The notes under the pieces are model-generated. The model saw only the letters and a list, made by a program, of their open reading frames with translations, made no database searches and was not told the origin of the DNA. From a virus, in IMG/VR virus record IMGVR_UViG_3300009849_000001, positions 1-64,000 of that record: a stretch of DNA of 64,000 nt; one strand, given 5' to 3'. This document shows, one piece after another, positions 29,341 to 39,035 of the stretch. The stretch's first letter is position 1; each line of letters starts with the position of its first letter. The position numbers were made by a program, and so were the translations under genes.

Positions 29341-30843
29341 TTAAAAAGGTGGTGTGTCATCATCTGTGGGTTTTAGAAAATCTTCATTATTATCAAAACC
29401 TTCTAATATCCTAGATTCTGGAGAAAGCATTCTATCCATATGTCCGGCCACCTTACCTTTATCCGTTGCCTCGTAGTCATAGTCGTCAACATCGAACATT
29501 TCTGTCATTGAACCATTGTGACGTAAAGTAACATCCCCCGGACTACCATCTCTAAATTTGGCAATTATAAGCTGAACAATATTTACAAGACTATTACCCT
29601 CTGAATCCTCTGTTATTCCATACATATCGGGTCTATGGATAAACACCACCATATCTGCATCTTGCTCTATTGCTCCTGACTCTCGAAGATCAGATAAAAT
29701 AGGTCTCTTAGCATCACCAGTTCTTTGTTCAAGCCCCCTATTTAATTGAGCCAATAATATGAATGGAATATCCAATTCCTTAGCAAGTAACTTCAATCCC
29801 CTTGCTAAAATAGCAACCTCCCTCTCTCTACTTCCTCCCTCTTCCGCATCGATTAACTGTAAGTAATCAATTGCAACCATGCCTAATTTACCCTCTGATT
29901 TACGAAGAAGACATTTTGATCTTATTTTAGAAAGGGTAACTTCTGTATCATCATCGATCCTTAGTTTAGTGTTGTTACCAAGTACTCCAATACTATTTGT
30001 AACAACTGTTAACTCATGGTCCTCTAATGTTCCTGTTTTGAATCTCCATGCATTAACGCCTGAATGGGCTACTATCATACGATCCCCAAGCCTTTCACTA
30101 ACCATTTCCAAAGAAAATATATCTACATATTTACCTGCATTGGTTGCCGCCATAGCCATTTTTATTAATAAAGCAGTTTTACCACCTCCTGGTCTTGCTG
30201 CAATTACAATTAAATCACTATTACGCCATCCATCAGTGGCTTTATCTAAACCTTTTGATCCGGTTGGAATTCCTGTTATTTCACCAGAACGCCCCTTTTC
30301 CATCCGTGCAGTAAGCTCTTTAGCACACGAATCCATTATATTGGAAATGTCTCTTACTTTTTGTTCTCCTCCATAGATCATTTTTGATGACTCAAGTAAA
30401 TGATCCTGCATAATCTTCATGTACTCATCGATAGTAATCCCTGCAAAAGATTCCTTTTGAAGATTATTAGCGAAATTTATACCGTGCCGAAGAATAAATC
30501 TTGCTTTAATCTCATTGCACATGAGGGTTACGGATTGACCGGATGATCCTCTATTTGTTAATTGAGCAACATAAAAAGGCCCGCCAACATCAGCAATGTT
30601 TTTATTGTCGGTCAAATACTGAGTTAAGACTAAAATATCAATCTTAACACCCTTTTTAGTTAGATCTAACAACGCTTTCCATATTATCCGGTGCGCATCT
30701 TTGTAGAAAAAATCAGGGTTATCCAGTATCTGCATGCAAGACAATATAGCCTTTTCATACAGCAGACAATTACCTATTACCGCCTCTTCATATTCTAATA
30801 CCTGTGGGGGAATGTGCCCGTAATCTAAGTTTATATCTGTCAT
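29341..30843 (-). CDS. dnaB: Replicative DNA helicase, DnaB family
   Basis: N-terminal PPQVLEYEEAVIGNCLL, Walker A AARPGGGKTA, IDYLQLI, LLAQLNR, LSDLRESGAIEQDADMV: a full DnaB motif set. Confidence 0.9.
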   Translation of the reverse strand: MTDINLDYGHIPPQVLEYEEAVIGNCLLYEKAILSCMQILDNPDFFYKDAHRIIWKALLDLTKKGVKIDILVLTQYLTDNKNIADVGGPFYVAQLTNRGSSGQSVTLMCNEIKARFILRHGINFANNLQKESFAGITIDEYMKIMQDHLLESSKMIYGGEQKVRDISNIMDSCAKELTARMEKGRSGEITGIPTGSKGLDKATDGWRNSDLIVIAARPGGGKTALLIKMAMAATNAGKYVDIFSLEMVSERLGDRMIVAHSGVNAWRFKTGTLEDHELTVVTNSIGVLGNNTKLRIDDDTEVTLSKIRSKCLLRKSEGKLGMVAIDYLQLIDAEEGGSREREVAILARGLKLLAKELDIPFILLAQLNRGLEQRTGDAKRPILSDLRESGAIEQDADMVVFIHRPDMYGITEDSEGNSLVNIVQLIIAKFRDGSPGDVTLRHNGSMTEMFDVDDYDYEATDKGKVAGHMDRMLSPESRILEGFDNNEDFLKPTDDDTPPF

Positions 30844-31557
30844 TTATCTTCTGCTTTCACCATCAATACGGATGACATTAAACATTTGTACCATTCTATC
30901 TGCAACAGCTTTTCCATAAATTTTTGAATATGTTTTATCTATACTGTAATTTCCAGTAGCAAACGTTAGTTTGCCATTTTCATAACGAAAAGTTAAAGCT
31001 TGTGATAATGGTTTTTTTTTGGTTCCAAAATCATTTGCGGATTCTTCTTCCTTACCTAAATCATCAATGTAAAGAATTGACGAAAGTAATTTATTTAACC
31101 ACTCTCTTTCTGCCGTGGTTTTTAAACTTAAAGACCTATTAAATAAATTATGCGCTGTTATTTGTTTAATCCGATTCTGATTATCCGGTTGGAGAATTGG
31201 AGAATTACTGTATTTATGAACATAGTAATTCCATAAATCAATGAATGATTTCATTAATACGGTTTTCCCCGGTCCGATTTTACCAATAAGTAGGATGCCT
31301 TTGTTTAAATCTCCATCCTGATTTTCAAAATCTCCTTTGAATTTATCACTCCCAACGAAATAATAATATAATTGGTTTATTATATAACGGTTGTTATTTA
31401 CAGGGATTTCAGTTCTTGGATCAAGTTCAAATACAGACATTGGTTTATCCTTTCTTACCCATTTGTTTGCAAAATGAATAAAAACATCACCGAATTCTTT
31501 GGATGGTAATCCAGGAAAATATGGTCTGTTTAATATTTGAATTTTATCAGTGCTCAT
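30844..31557 (-). CDS. DnaC/IstB-like AAA+ helicase loader
   Basis: Walker A GKIGPGKT and Walker B LYIDDLG. Abuts the dnaB start. Confidence 0.6.
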   Translation of the reverse strand: MSTDKIQILNRPYFPGLPSKEFGDVFIHFANKWVRKDKPMSVFELDPRTEIPVNNNRYIINQLYYYFVGSDKFKGDFENQDGDLNKGILLIGKIGPGKTVLMKSFIDLWNYYVHKYSNSPILQPDNQNRIKQITAHNLFNRSLSLKTTAEREWLNKLLSSILYIDDLGKEEESANDFGTKKKPLSQALTFRYENGKLTFATGNYSIDKTYSKIYGKAVADRMVQMFNVIRIDGESRR

Positions 31558-31566
31558 TTATTTATT

Positions 31567-32133
31567 TTAAAAATCACTATCTTCTTTTTCATCTGGTGAT
31601 TGCGTTTTACCTACATGACCTGATATTTCTTCTTCCCATCTAAAAATGTATGTAAGGCTTTGATTTTGGCCTTTTGATCTCAATTTCAAAAGAGAATTAA
31701 ATTGCTTACTCCAAAACCAGTCTGTTCTAGCCCATTTTACGATATTGAAAATTTCCTCATATGAAAATTTATCTATAGAACGGCATTTCTCTATAGTATC
31801 AATCCATTTCACTTTGTCTGCATCCGTCAATGATGCCTTTGCTTTTGGTCGCATTGTATTAGTGAACCAATTACAGATTTTTCTTACCTCCTCGTTGGTC
31901 TTGGATTTATCTAAATTTATTTTTTTACCTTTTCTTGCTTTAAGTCCACCTAATACTCCAGTGGTCTTTTCACAATAGATAAGATCTGCCCCATTAATCA
32001 GGACTATGGTTAAATCTCCATCATTAGCCATTTTGGTAACTACACTAGGAAATATATCGTTACCCCTGGCATACTCTGACCTTGTGAAACAATATTTAGG
32101 ATCCACAGGCCCATTTTTAATTTTTTTGCTCAT
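31567..32133 (-). CDS. Hypothetical protein, possible replication initiator/organizer
   Basis: First gene of the loader-helicase operon, directly downstream of a 610-nt repeat-bearing noncoding region. Positional inference only. Confidence 0.6.
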   Translation of the reverse strand: MSKKIKNGPVDPKYCFTRSEYARGNDIFPSVVTKMANDGDLTIVLINGADLIYCEKTTGVLGGLKARKGKKINLDKSKTNEEVRKICNWFTNTMRPKAKASLTDADKVKWIDTIEKCRSIDKFSYEEIFNIVKWARTDWFWSKQFNSLLKLRSKGQNQSLTYIFRWEEEISGHVGKTQSPDEKEDSDF

Positions 32134-32542
32134 TTTAAAATGTTTTAAATGTTATTTAAATAGTTTAACTAATTTAAGATAAAAAAAGGCGAATTACGCC
32201 AATAAATTAACAACATGTAAGCTGCGATTAATAACAAATAATAATCTTCTTTTGGTTACGTATTGTTTTACTGCTTAGAATTGAAGTTTCAGGAGTGATT
32301 GGTCTGATAAAATAAGTTATAACAAACCCCTTACCCCGAAAAAAGATTTGTTATAATTATCCTACCAAAACTGCTTGTCATCTCGCTCTCTCGTTTCATG
32401 GCTCAATTAGGAAAATAAGTTCAAATCCTTCAATTGATTTAACTGGAAAAATTTATGCAACATTCGTTACATGTTTCTTTTTCTCAGATTCTAATGATTT
32501 TTTTCGGGTGCTTTTCATTTAACACACATAGATTAAATGAGA

Positions 32543-32592
32543 AGAACCTGATAACAGGCCACTTGCGTGGATACAGATTGCTATCAGGTTCT
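32543..32592. repeat. 11-bp perfect inverted repeat (AGAACCTGATA / TATCAGGTTCT) enclosing a CCACttgcGTGG hairpin
   Basis: Seen directly. Lies in the noncoding gap 32134-32744, next to the serine recombinase stop. Confidence 0.8.
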
Positions 32593-32656
32593 ATAAACTC
32601 ATAAGAGTTTTAATATTTTTAATCTTTAGATCTGTATCTCTAATCTTTCAATACGA

Positions 32657-32664
32657 CAAATATA
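32657..32664 (-). promoter_or_regulatory. Putative -7 promoter box (TATATTTG)
   Basis: TAnnTTTG match about 520 nt upstream of ATG 32133. Confidence 0.4.
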
Positions 32665-32744
32665 GAAATAATCTTTTTAATTTTCACAATGTTTTTTTAA
32701 AAAAAACCACATTTGCCGAAACCTTTTTTTGAAAATATTGATAT

Positions 32745-33563
32745 TCAGTCAATAAGAACCTTGTAATTTGGATTGTTTTTATACCGATCAGCTATTGATT
32801 TTACAGTTGATGCATAATACTTGCTTCCAGAAGAAGTGCGGTACCCCCCATCATTTAAAGTATTAGCGATAAAGCGCAGGGATTTTTTTTGATTCTTCAT
32901 TAGATTGATCACCACGAAAGCTTTTTTATTATTAGGATCATCCAATGATTTTTTAACTAAGGATCTTGTACCGGCCTTTCTTCCGGAGTCAGTTAGGTAT
33001 TTTTTGTTCCCCCACGTCAAATTTTCAATTTCACTCAGGATCCTTTTTATATCTTTTTTATTTTCAGCCGAAATACACTGATTTTTATTTAACACGTCTA
33101 GTTGTTTTTGTAATGCCGAAATCTTAACCGATCTACGGGCTATTGATTGCTGAATAGCAGCTTTTGTAGATGTTTGAATGTTGTTTACTTCTTGCTCTGC
33201 TATTGCGGCCATGATCTGAAGTACAGTCTTATTGGCATCTGGTTGGTCACAAAAGACAACATTTTGTGGTGAGTCTAAAATTAGCGATAGGAAATGAAAG
33301 TTACGACTTAACCTATTTAGCCTAGAGACGATTAGGGTAGAGTTATTATGTTTACACAATTCTAAAGCTTTACATAATTCAGGCATTCTCCTCTTATTTG
33401 TTCCTGTCTCAACCTCTATAAATATTCTGATTAGCAACCCATTACGGTTTTTTATGAATTCTTCAATTTTTTGTTGCTGATCAGCCAATCCAAGCCCTGT
33501 TTGGCCCTGTCTCGGAGCAGACACCCGAATATAGGCCACGTAGTTAATAATTTTGTTCTTCAT
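32745..33563 (-). CDS. Serine recombinase (resolvase/invertase family, 272 aa)
   Basis: YIRVSAPRQ catalytic-serine motif, LIVSRLNRLSRN, and a C-terminal HTH-like SLRFIANTLNDGGYRTSSGSKYYASTV. The linker is longer than in typical 185-aa resolvases. Confidence 0.85.
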   Translation of the reverse strand: MKNKIINYVAYIRVSAPRQGQTGLGLADQQQKIEEFIKNRNGLLIRIFIEVETGTNKRRMPELCKALELCKHNNSTLIVSRLNRLSRNFHFLSLILDSPQNVVFCDQPDANKTVLQIMAAIAEQEVNNIQTSTKAAIQQSIARRSVKISALQKQLDVLNKNQCISAENKKDIKRILSEIENLTWGNKKYLTDSGRKAGTRSLVKKSLDDPNNKKAFVVINLMKNQKKSLRFIANTLNDGGYRTSSGSKYYASTVKSIADRYKNNPNYKVLID

Positions 33564-34767
33564 GCTTTTTGTATTTTACTTGTTACTAATTGTTTACGAA
33601 GCGAAAAGTTTAAAAGTGGTTAAATGAAACGCCATAAAACACCACTTTCTAAAGGAAAACGCATAATACACCAACCTTGTAATTATAGACTGACACGGGC
33701 AAAAAACCTCATAATATACCCATGTAAAATCAATCCTCTACACCTCTCATGTACAAAGGTAGGAAACCTATATTTAAAAAACAAGCTTTTTTTAATGAAG
33801 TTAATACTATTGAAACGCCATAAATTAACAATAAGTAGGTCTTATGGTTCAACTCAGCGAAATAGAACAAAGTGCTGAACTATGTAATTTTACTATAAGA
33901 ACGTTAAATTTACCCCTATTTTTTGTCGCGTTATTTTTAGGGAGTCATAAAATGCAACAGTACAAACATGTACGGATACGGGCAATTTGGAAAACAGCCT
34001 AATCAACAATAAAAAAAGGTGTTAAATATGCTTAATTTCCAAGTTATGTTTATGGCTATTGAAATATACTGATTACTTTGCCCCTCTGAACATCCTATTT
34101 TTTGCAGGGAATGTAGACACTTAAGCACTTAATGATAAGGATAGTACCCACGTTTACGCTAGGAAAATTGAAAAGTGCTAACCGGTGTGGGTCTTTAAAC
34201 ACCTGTATTTACATAAATTAGCCCTAATACCTTAAAAGCTTATTTTCCTGCCTGTTAAAGGCGTTGATAGCGTTAGCGTTACGGGTAATGTACATAGACT
34301 GGTATCTTCGTTTCAAAACATGTACACTATGCTAAAGTAAAGTGTATCAGCGCGTTGTATGTATGGAAAGCGTTAGACCTATGCCTATTCACATGTAGGT
34401 CCATGAGCGGAAACGCCTGCACGTGTAGCGTTTTAAACGCGACTGCCAATCTGTCAAAACAAAATAAGGAATCTATTTAACATTTTTGGGCGGTGGAAAC
34501 GCCTGCTTAACAATTTAGTGCTGTTTCAGGGGCTTTCATTATGTATTCGATTATGGCTATTTAACATCTATTTGATATTAACGTATCTACATTAGCGTAT
34601 AATGTCGCAAAAACGGTCATTTTGGCCTATTTTTCGCATTCACGGATAATATTAATGAATCTGTCTTGTATACCTCTTGTTTGTTGGTGTTGCGGTTGAT
34701 TTGTTGAAAACATTAAAAAGCATTAATTTTGACCTATTAAGTATCGTTTAGCGAAAATAAGTAAGTT
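33564..34767. other. 1.2-kb ORF-free repeat-rich spacer between divergent recombinase genes (candidate attP / recombination substrate / ncRNA locus)
   Basis: No credible ORF. Direct-repeat pairs: TGAAACGCCATAAA (33625, 33811), TTATGGCTATT (34050, 34551), AAACATGTAC (33964, 34316), GGAAACGCCTGC (34409, 34495). Many GCGTT/AACGC cores and small palindromes. Confidence 0.5.
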
Positions 34768-35514
34768 ATGAGTTCACATCTGAAATATTTAAAAAAAGAG
34801 TTGCACGAAAATGCTGAGAATACAACTATTAAAAAAAAGGTTGGGCGAAGTAATTTGGGCGGAAAGGATCCAATTCCATGGAGCCTTGCAAAACTGGTAT
34901 GTATTGCAGCAGCGAAGGAAGATAAGGAAATAGGGTTATTGTTTTGTGTAGGATTTTATTCTGGCCTAAGATTTAGCGACATTCTAAAAATTAACAGGAC
35001 TAATATAATCAGGCACGGGTTTAAGATAAGAGCTAAAAAAACCGGCAAAATCGAACTTAGGCCGTTTCCGCCTGGCTTTTATGATCTGCTTAAGGAATGT
35101 AATATAATTATAACATCGTTGCCTAAGGGCAGGCTTTTTGGTGCTAAAACTAATAAAGATATAGATATTAGTTCGCAAGTTGTTGCTATCGACTTTAAAA
35201 AGTACTGTAAGGCTGCAGGGGTGTCGGACACTTACGATGTAAGTACACACACATTAAGAAAGACTTTTGCCCGTAGGTTATATGATATAGCGGATAATAA
35301 GAGTAATGTATTAATCTACATTTGTCAAATGTTCAATCACTCTGATGTGTCTATAACACTTAGATACATAGGAGTAACAAAAGAAGAAATTCAGGATCTA
35401 GTTATGAACATTGACAATGATAGCTATCAGGATTCTGAAGAAAAGAAAATGATATCTTTAATAAAAGGTGGTTTTGAGCAAATAAATAATCGTATAGATG
35501 AATTAAAAGAGTGA
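34768..35514 (+). CDS. Tyrosine recombinase/integrase, catalytic domain only (248 aa)
   Basis: SGLRFSD (Arg I), HTLRKTFA (His-x-x-Arg) and HSDVSITLRYIG (His/Tyr nucleophile region). No room for an N-terminal arm-binding or core-binding domain. In-frame stop 2 codons upstream of the ATG. Confidence 0.8.
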   Translation: MSSHLKYLKKELHENAENTTIKKKVGRSNLGGKDPIPWSLAKLVCIAAAKEDKEIGLLFCVGFYSGLRFSDILKINRTNIIRHGFKIRAKKTGKIELRPFPPGFYDLLKECNIIITSLPKGRLFGAKTNKDIDISSQVVAIDFKKYCKAAGVSDTYDVSTHTLRKTFARRLYDIADNKSNVLIYICQMFNHSDVSITLRYIGVTKEEIQDLVMNIDNDSYQDSEEKKMISLIKGGFEQINNRIDELKE

Positions 35515-35573
35515 ATTAGTATAATTGTACGTATTAGCTCAGAATATTTGATTCTAAGAGAGTTAAGCACAAG

Positions 35574-35607
35574 AAAAAGCCTTATTCTGGTGTGAATAAG
35601 GCTTTTT
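35574..35607. terminator. Bidirectional intrinsic terminator
   Basis: aaaaagccttattc-tggtgt-gaataaggcttttt between convergent genes. Confidence 0.75.
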
Positions 35608-35636
35608 TATGGTGAAAATTTTAGTTTTCAATAAAA

Positions 35637-35849
35637 TCATTTATTATTTGCTATTAATAATGCTGATTTTCTTCTAGCTTCCAAAGCAGCCTTTTCAGTT
35701 TCATTTTTAGCAAAGGAAATGGAAGAATCTACTTTAAAATTAATTACTTCCGTTACTGGTTTGCTTAGCCTTGTAGCCATTTCTTTAGAAGAGTCAACCA
35801 ATTGTCTTATTTTTAAATTATTCTCCTCTATTGCTTGTCTTGCATTCAT
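35637..35849 (-). CDS. Hypothetical small helical protein (70 aa)
   Basis: ATG ORF in the accessory island. Confidence 0.5.
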   Translation of the reverse strand: MNARQAIEENNLKIRQLVDSSKEMATRLSKPVTEVINFKVDSSISFAKNETEKAALEARRKSALLIANNK

Positions 35850-35897
35850 TACGTTTGTTTTTTTTGAAGTTAATTACCCGTGTTTGATTAATATACG

Positions 35898-36170
35898 CTA
35901 TCTAATTAAAGAGCTGAAAAACTCTTTTAGTGTGTTTTTTAAATCGAAAACAACAGCTGTAATTAATAACATTGTGGCCGTGATCGAAAGCGGATACATA
36001 GAAATGATACAGAATGTTGAAAAATGAGATTCTTGAGCTAAAGCGTTAATACATACAATGTCTAACAAAATAGTTAGTAACCAGCCTGCAATTAAGATTG
36101 TTTTCCCTGATTTTTTAGAAGAATTAGTATAATTAGATACTCCTCGATTAACGTATTTCCTGTTTTCCAT
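35898..36170 (-). CDS. Hypothetical membrane protein (90 aa, two TM segments)
   Basis: TILIAGWLLTILLDIVCINAL and LSITATMLLITAVVF hydrophobic helices. Confidence 0.5.
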   Translation of the reverse strand: MENRKYVNRGVSNYTNSSKKSGKTILIAGWLLTILLDIVCINALAQESHFSTFCIISMYPLSITATMLLITAVVFDLKNTLKEFFSSLIR

Positions 36171-36292
36171 CTGTTTTGTTTTTTTAAAAAGTTAATAAAA
36201 AAAGAGGCTCCCCAAATCCTAACCTCTATATGTACTCCCTTACATTCGACTAACTTGCTTTAATAGTTCATTTAAGAGCACGCCCGTTTTTT

Positions 36293-36715
36293 TTAAAATA
36301 AATTTTTCAATTTGTCCGCGATAGAATTAGATTCTTGTGTGTTTTCCTGTAATTTCAATATCCCTTTATTTAACAAATTAGGGATTTTAACAGAAAATTC
36401 AAGCATTTGAGAATAATTTGAACCCTTAACACGCGCGTTAAAATCATTCCCTATACAGTAACCTGAACCTGCAGTTCTGTATATAGAATACCCTTCTTCA
36501 TTTTCGCTTTCAAATCCGAAATGACTACCAAATTGCTGGTGTGTTGCGGTTTTTCCAATTCCAAAATGAAATCTAAATTCAGAAGGGACATTATTCTCTA
36601 TAAAATTAATGTAATCCTGCAAAATAGATTCTAACGCCTCATTTGTTTTTACATTTAAATCTAACACTTCTTGTAATTTAATCACTACTTCTTTTTTAAT
36701 TTCAATTGTCGTCAT
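36293..36715 (-). CDS. Hypothetical protein (140 aa from ATG 36715; track ORF extends to 36787)
   Basis: ORF-track ORF. The internal ATG avoids a Lys-rich leader. Confidence 0.55.
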   Translation of the reverse strand: MTTIEIKKEVVIKLQEVLDLNVKTNEALESILQDYINFIENNVPSEFRFHFGIGKTATHQQFGSHFGFESENEEGYSIYRTAGSGYCIGNDFNARVKGSNYSQMLEFSVKIPNLLNKGILKLQENTQESNSIADKLKNLF

Positions 36716-36830
36716 TTCTTTAGTTTTTTTTGTTTTGAATACCTCAAAGTAAAGTATTATTTTTTTACCATGCAAATCTTTCTTCAAAATAATTGAAAAT
36801 AATCTTTCTTTTCAGGTGTTTAGTCATAAA

Positions 36831-36855
36831 AAAACCCCTTGTTTAAAGGGGTTTT
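36831..36855. terminator. Intrinsic terminator hairpin
   Basis: aaaacccctt-gttta-aaggggtttt immediately after the methyltransferase stop. Confidence 0.75.
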
Positions 36856-36872
36856 AAGAATAATTATTTTTT

Positions 36873-38330
36873 TTAATAAACTTCAACGCCTGACGTTTTT
36901 TGTCTGAAATCTGAGGTGAATTTTGATGCTAAATTAAACCCTTTTGCTTTTGCGGCCTCCCTATTAAATAATTCATGTACCTTATCATCTTTAAAAATTA
37001 CATGAATGGTGCCTTTTTTAAACCCCTTAAGCTTAAAAAAACCCCAGTCGTACCAAGTGTTGAATTCTCTGTATCGGCTTTTTGCGTGATATTCATTTAT
37101 TTTTACATTGTTGCACATAAAAGAATAAAAGCTTTCATTTTTTGCAAAATCAGTACCCGTAAGCCAACACAGAGCCTTATTTAGATCATCCATATGCCCG
37201 TTGTCTGAATAGCTAGAACTTTGCATATCATTATTGTAGCCTTCTTTAACCATAGAGGGAATTATAAATTTTTTGTTGACAACGTACTCAGAATTTGTTT
37301 TCCAACCTTCATTGCAGTACCTATTTTCCTTACATCTCATCGTCACATTATCAAATGCCTCTACAATTACCTTACTCATTCGGGCAGGGTGAGTCTGAAT
37401 AATCATATCAATCATTTTGTAGATGTTATTTCGAGTAAAGGGTACTTTTATTTGCTGTTCGATAAATTTATTAATTTCCTGAATTACGTTATAAGTTACA
37501 AACCTATTCATATTCAGCTTGTTAATTATCGTTTTCCAAGCTGTTTTTTGCAGTTCAATTTTAAAATCCTCTTTAGTTATATCACTAGAGTAACTACTAG
37601 ACCTTTTAACACATCCAAAATGAAAATTTCCGGAACCAATTGGAGTAATTAGGTCCTCCATTATTTTATTTTTTTCTTCAACTTCGCTAAACATCTTAAC
37701 CGCTCCAACATACCTACTTACAACGTTTAAGATGTCATCTGTATTCATAAGACCAGGCTGGGAGTCCTCAAAACACTCATCTAAATCAAAATAGGAATCA
37801 AATATTTTTTCATCTTCAAAGGGCTTATTTAGTTTAATTAACCCTATTTCTGCGTTAGTGGTTCTTTCAGCGTTTTTAAAAACATTTCCTAAATTTTCAA
37901 AGGTCCCATTTTTTTCAATTATAGAATTAACTTTTCTTTTAATTCTAGTATTTCGAAATTCACAAATAGAAGCGTTACACAGAGAGATTATTTTGCAATT
38001 ATCGGGTGCTATTTCCCAAGCATGTAAAATGTGCTTCTCTTCGTTACTAAAAGGTGGATTCATAAAAATATAATCCATATGAGCCACTTCTTCTTTTGTA
38101 ACTCTTAAAAAATCAGGTTTTAAAAAAACATCAGATTCAGCGGCACAAATGGCCGCTAAATCTGTATTTATTTCGCAGGACGTAACCCGTGCACCTTCTA
38201 ACTTTAAGCGTTTAATTATGTTGGCTTTCCCCCCTTGTGGCTCCAACACATTTTTATTATTAAAAGAAATTCCAAAAAACATTGTATCTATTACATTTTC
38301 AGGGGTTGGGTAAAAGTCTCTATTGAACAT
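36873..38330 (-). CDS. N6-adenine DNA methyltransferase (gamma-type) with a large C-terminal domain (485 aa)
   Basis: FYPTP, VLEPQGGKANI (motif I-like) and FMNPPFS (motif IV NPPF). No adjacent restriction-endonuclease candidate. Confidence 0.8.
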   Translation of the reverse strand: MFNRDFYPTPENVIDTMFFGISFNNKNVLEPQGGKANIIKRLKLEGARVTSCEINTDLAAICAAESDVFLKPDFLRVTKEEVAHMDYIFMNPPFSNEEKHILHAWEIAPDNCKIISLCNASICEFRNTRIKRKVNSIIEKNGTFENLGNVFKNAERTTNAEIGLIKLNKPFEDEKIFDSYFDLDECFEDSQPGLMNTDDILNVVSRYVGAVKMFSEVEEKNKIMEDLITPIGSGNFHFGCVKRSSSYSSDITKEDFKIELQKTAWKTIINKLNMNRFVTYNVIQEINKFIEQQIKVPFTRNNIYKMIDMIIQTHPARMSKVIVEAFDNVTMRCKENRYCNEGWKTNSEYVVNKKFIIPSMVKEGYNNDMQSSSYSDNGHMDDLNKALCWLTGTDFAKNESFYSFMCNNVKINEYHAKSRYREFNTWYDWGFFKLKGFKKGTIHVIFKDDKVHELFNREAAKAKGFNLASKFTSDFRQKTSGVEVY

Positions 38331-38337
38331 GTTTTTT

Positions 38338-38907
38338 TTATTTAAAAGCTTTGAAAAAATTTGAATTTCCTAATATGTCGGTTCCCTGTTCTGCGAGAGG
38401 AACAATAAACGCCTCGTTTTTAACTACTGCAGGAAAAGAATCAACCTTATCAACACTAATTTTTTCTGTTGAAATCTCAGTTTTTTCGCTCTTATTTTGC
38501 TTGTAATCTTCCCATGTTTCGACTTGATTTTTACAAAACAAAATACACATAGGGAATAGCTTATATTTCCGCTGCTCTTCTTTTTCGGTGTTGGGTTCCA
38601 CTTCTTTTTCCGCTTCCTTAACCTTTCTAGGTGCCCCCCAGATTGTAAAACCTTTAGATCCGGCTTTAATTTTAAAACCTTCTTTTTTCCAAATCGCGGC
38701 CGGTTTGCGCTCTTGATCCTGAATTTTGTAAAAGAATTCTATTAAAATGTCATTTACCCCCATCATGCTGTATCTCTCCATTAATTCAGGGGTTGCCGCA
38801 TCCTGTATTAATTTTTCCCGTAATGCCTTAGCTTCCTGAGATCTTAAAGAAAGCGCTGCCCTTCTTGCTTGCGCTGCTGGACTTGGTGTATATTTTTTCT
38901 TAGCCAT
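38338..38907 (-). CDS. Hypothetical protein, possibly ArdC-N-like ssDNA-binding
   Basis: WKKEGFKIKAGSKGFTIWG loosely recalls the ArdC N-domain (..lGg.VrkGEkg..i). Adjacent to the orphan methyltransferase. Weak. Confidence 0.55.
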   Translation of the reverse strand: MAKKKYTPSPAAQARRAALSLRSQEAKALREKLIQDAATPELMERYSMMGVNDILIEFFYKIQDQERKPAAIWKKEGFKIKAGSKGFTIWGAPRKVKEAEKEVEPNTEKEEQRKYKLFPMCILFCKNQVETWEDYKQNKSEKTEISTEKISVDKVDSFPAVVKNEAFIVPLAEQGTDILGNSNFFKAFK

Positions 38908-39035
38908 ATTTTTTATTTTTTTAAATTAATTCATTTGGAGAAACGTATTCAAGTTGGTACTCTCTTTCACCAGAAAAACCCTGTGTTTCTGTGCCAGTTA
39001 TCTGTTTTATAAATTAATGTTACCATTGTTTTTGT

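Noticed and set aside
32456-32602. 48-codon plus-strand ORF in the 32.1-32.7 kb gap
   Set aside because: There is no promoter box, the strand is opposite to its context, and the ORF spans the 11-bp inverted repeat. It is probably fortuitous.
33624-33878. 84-codon plus-strand ORF inside the recombinase spacer
   Set aside because: Its composition is highly basic and low-complexity (KRHK...), it has no promoter or SD, and it overlaps the direct repeats. It is treated as noncoding.
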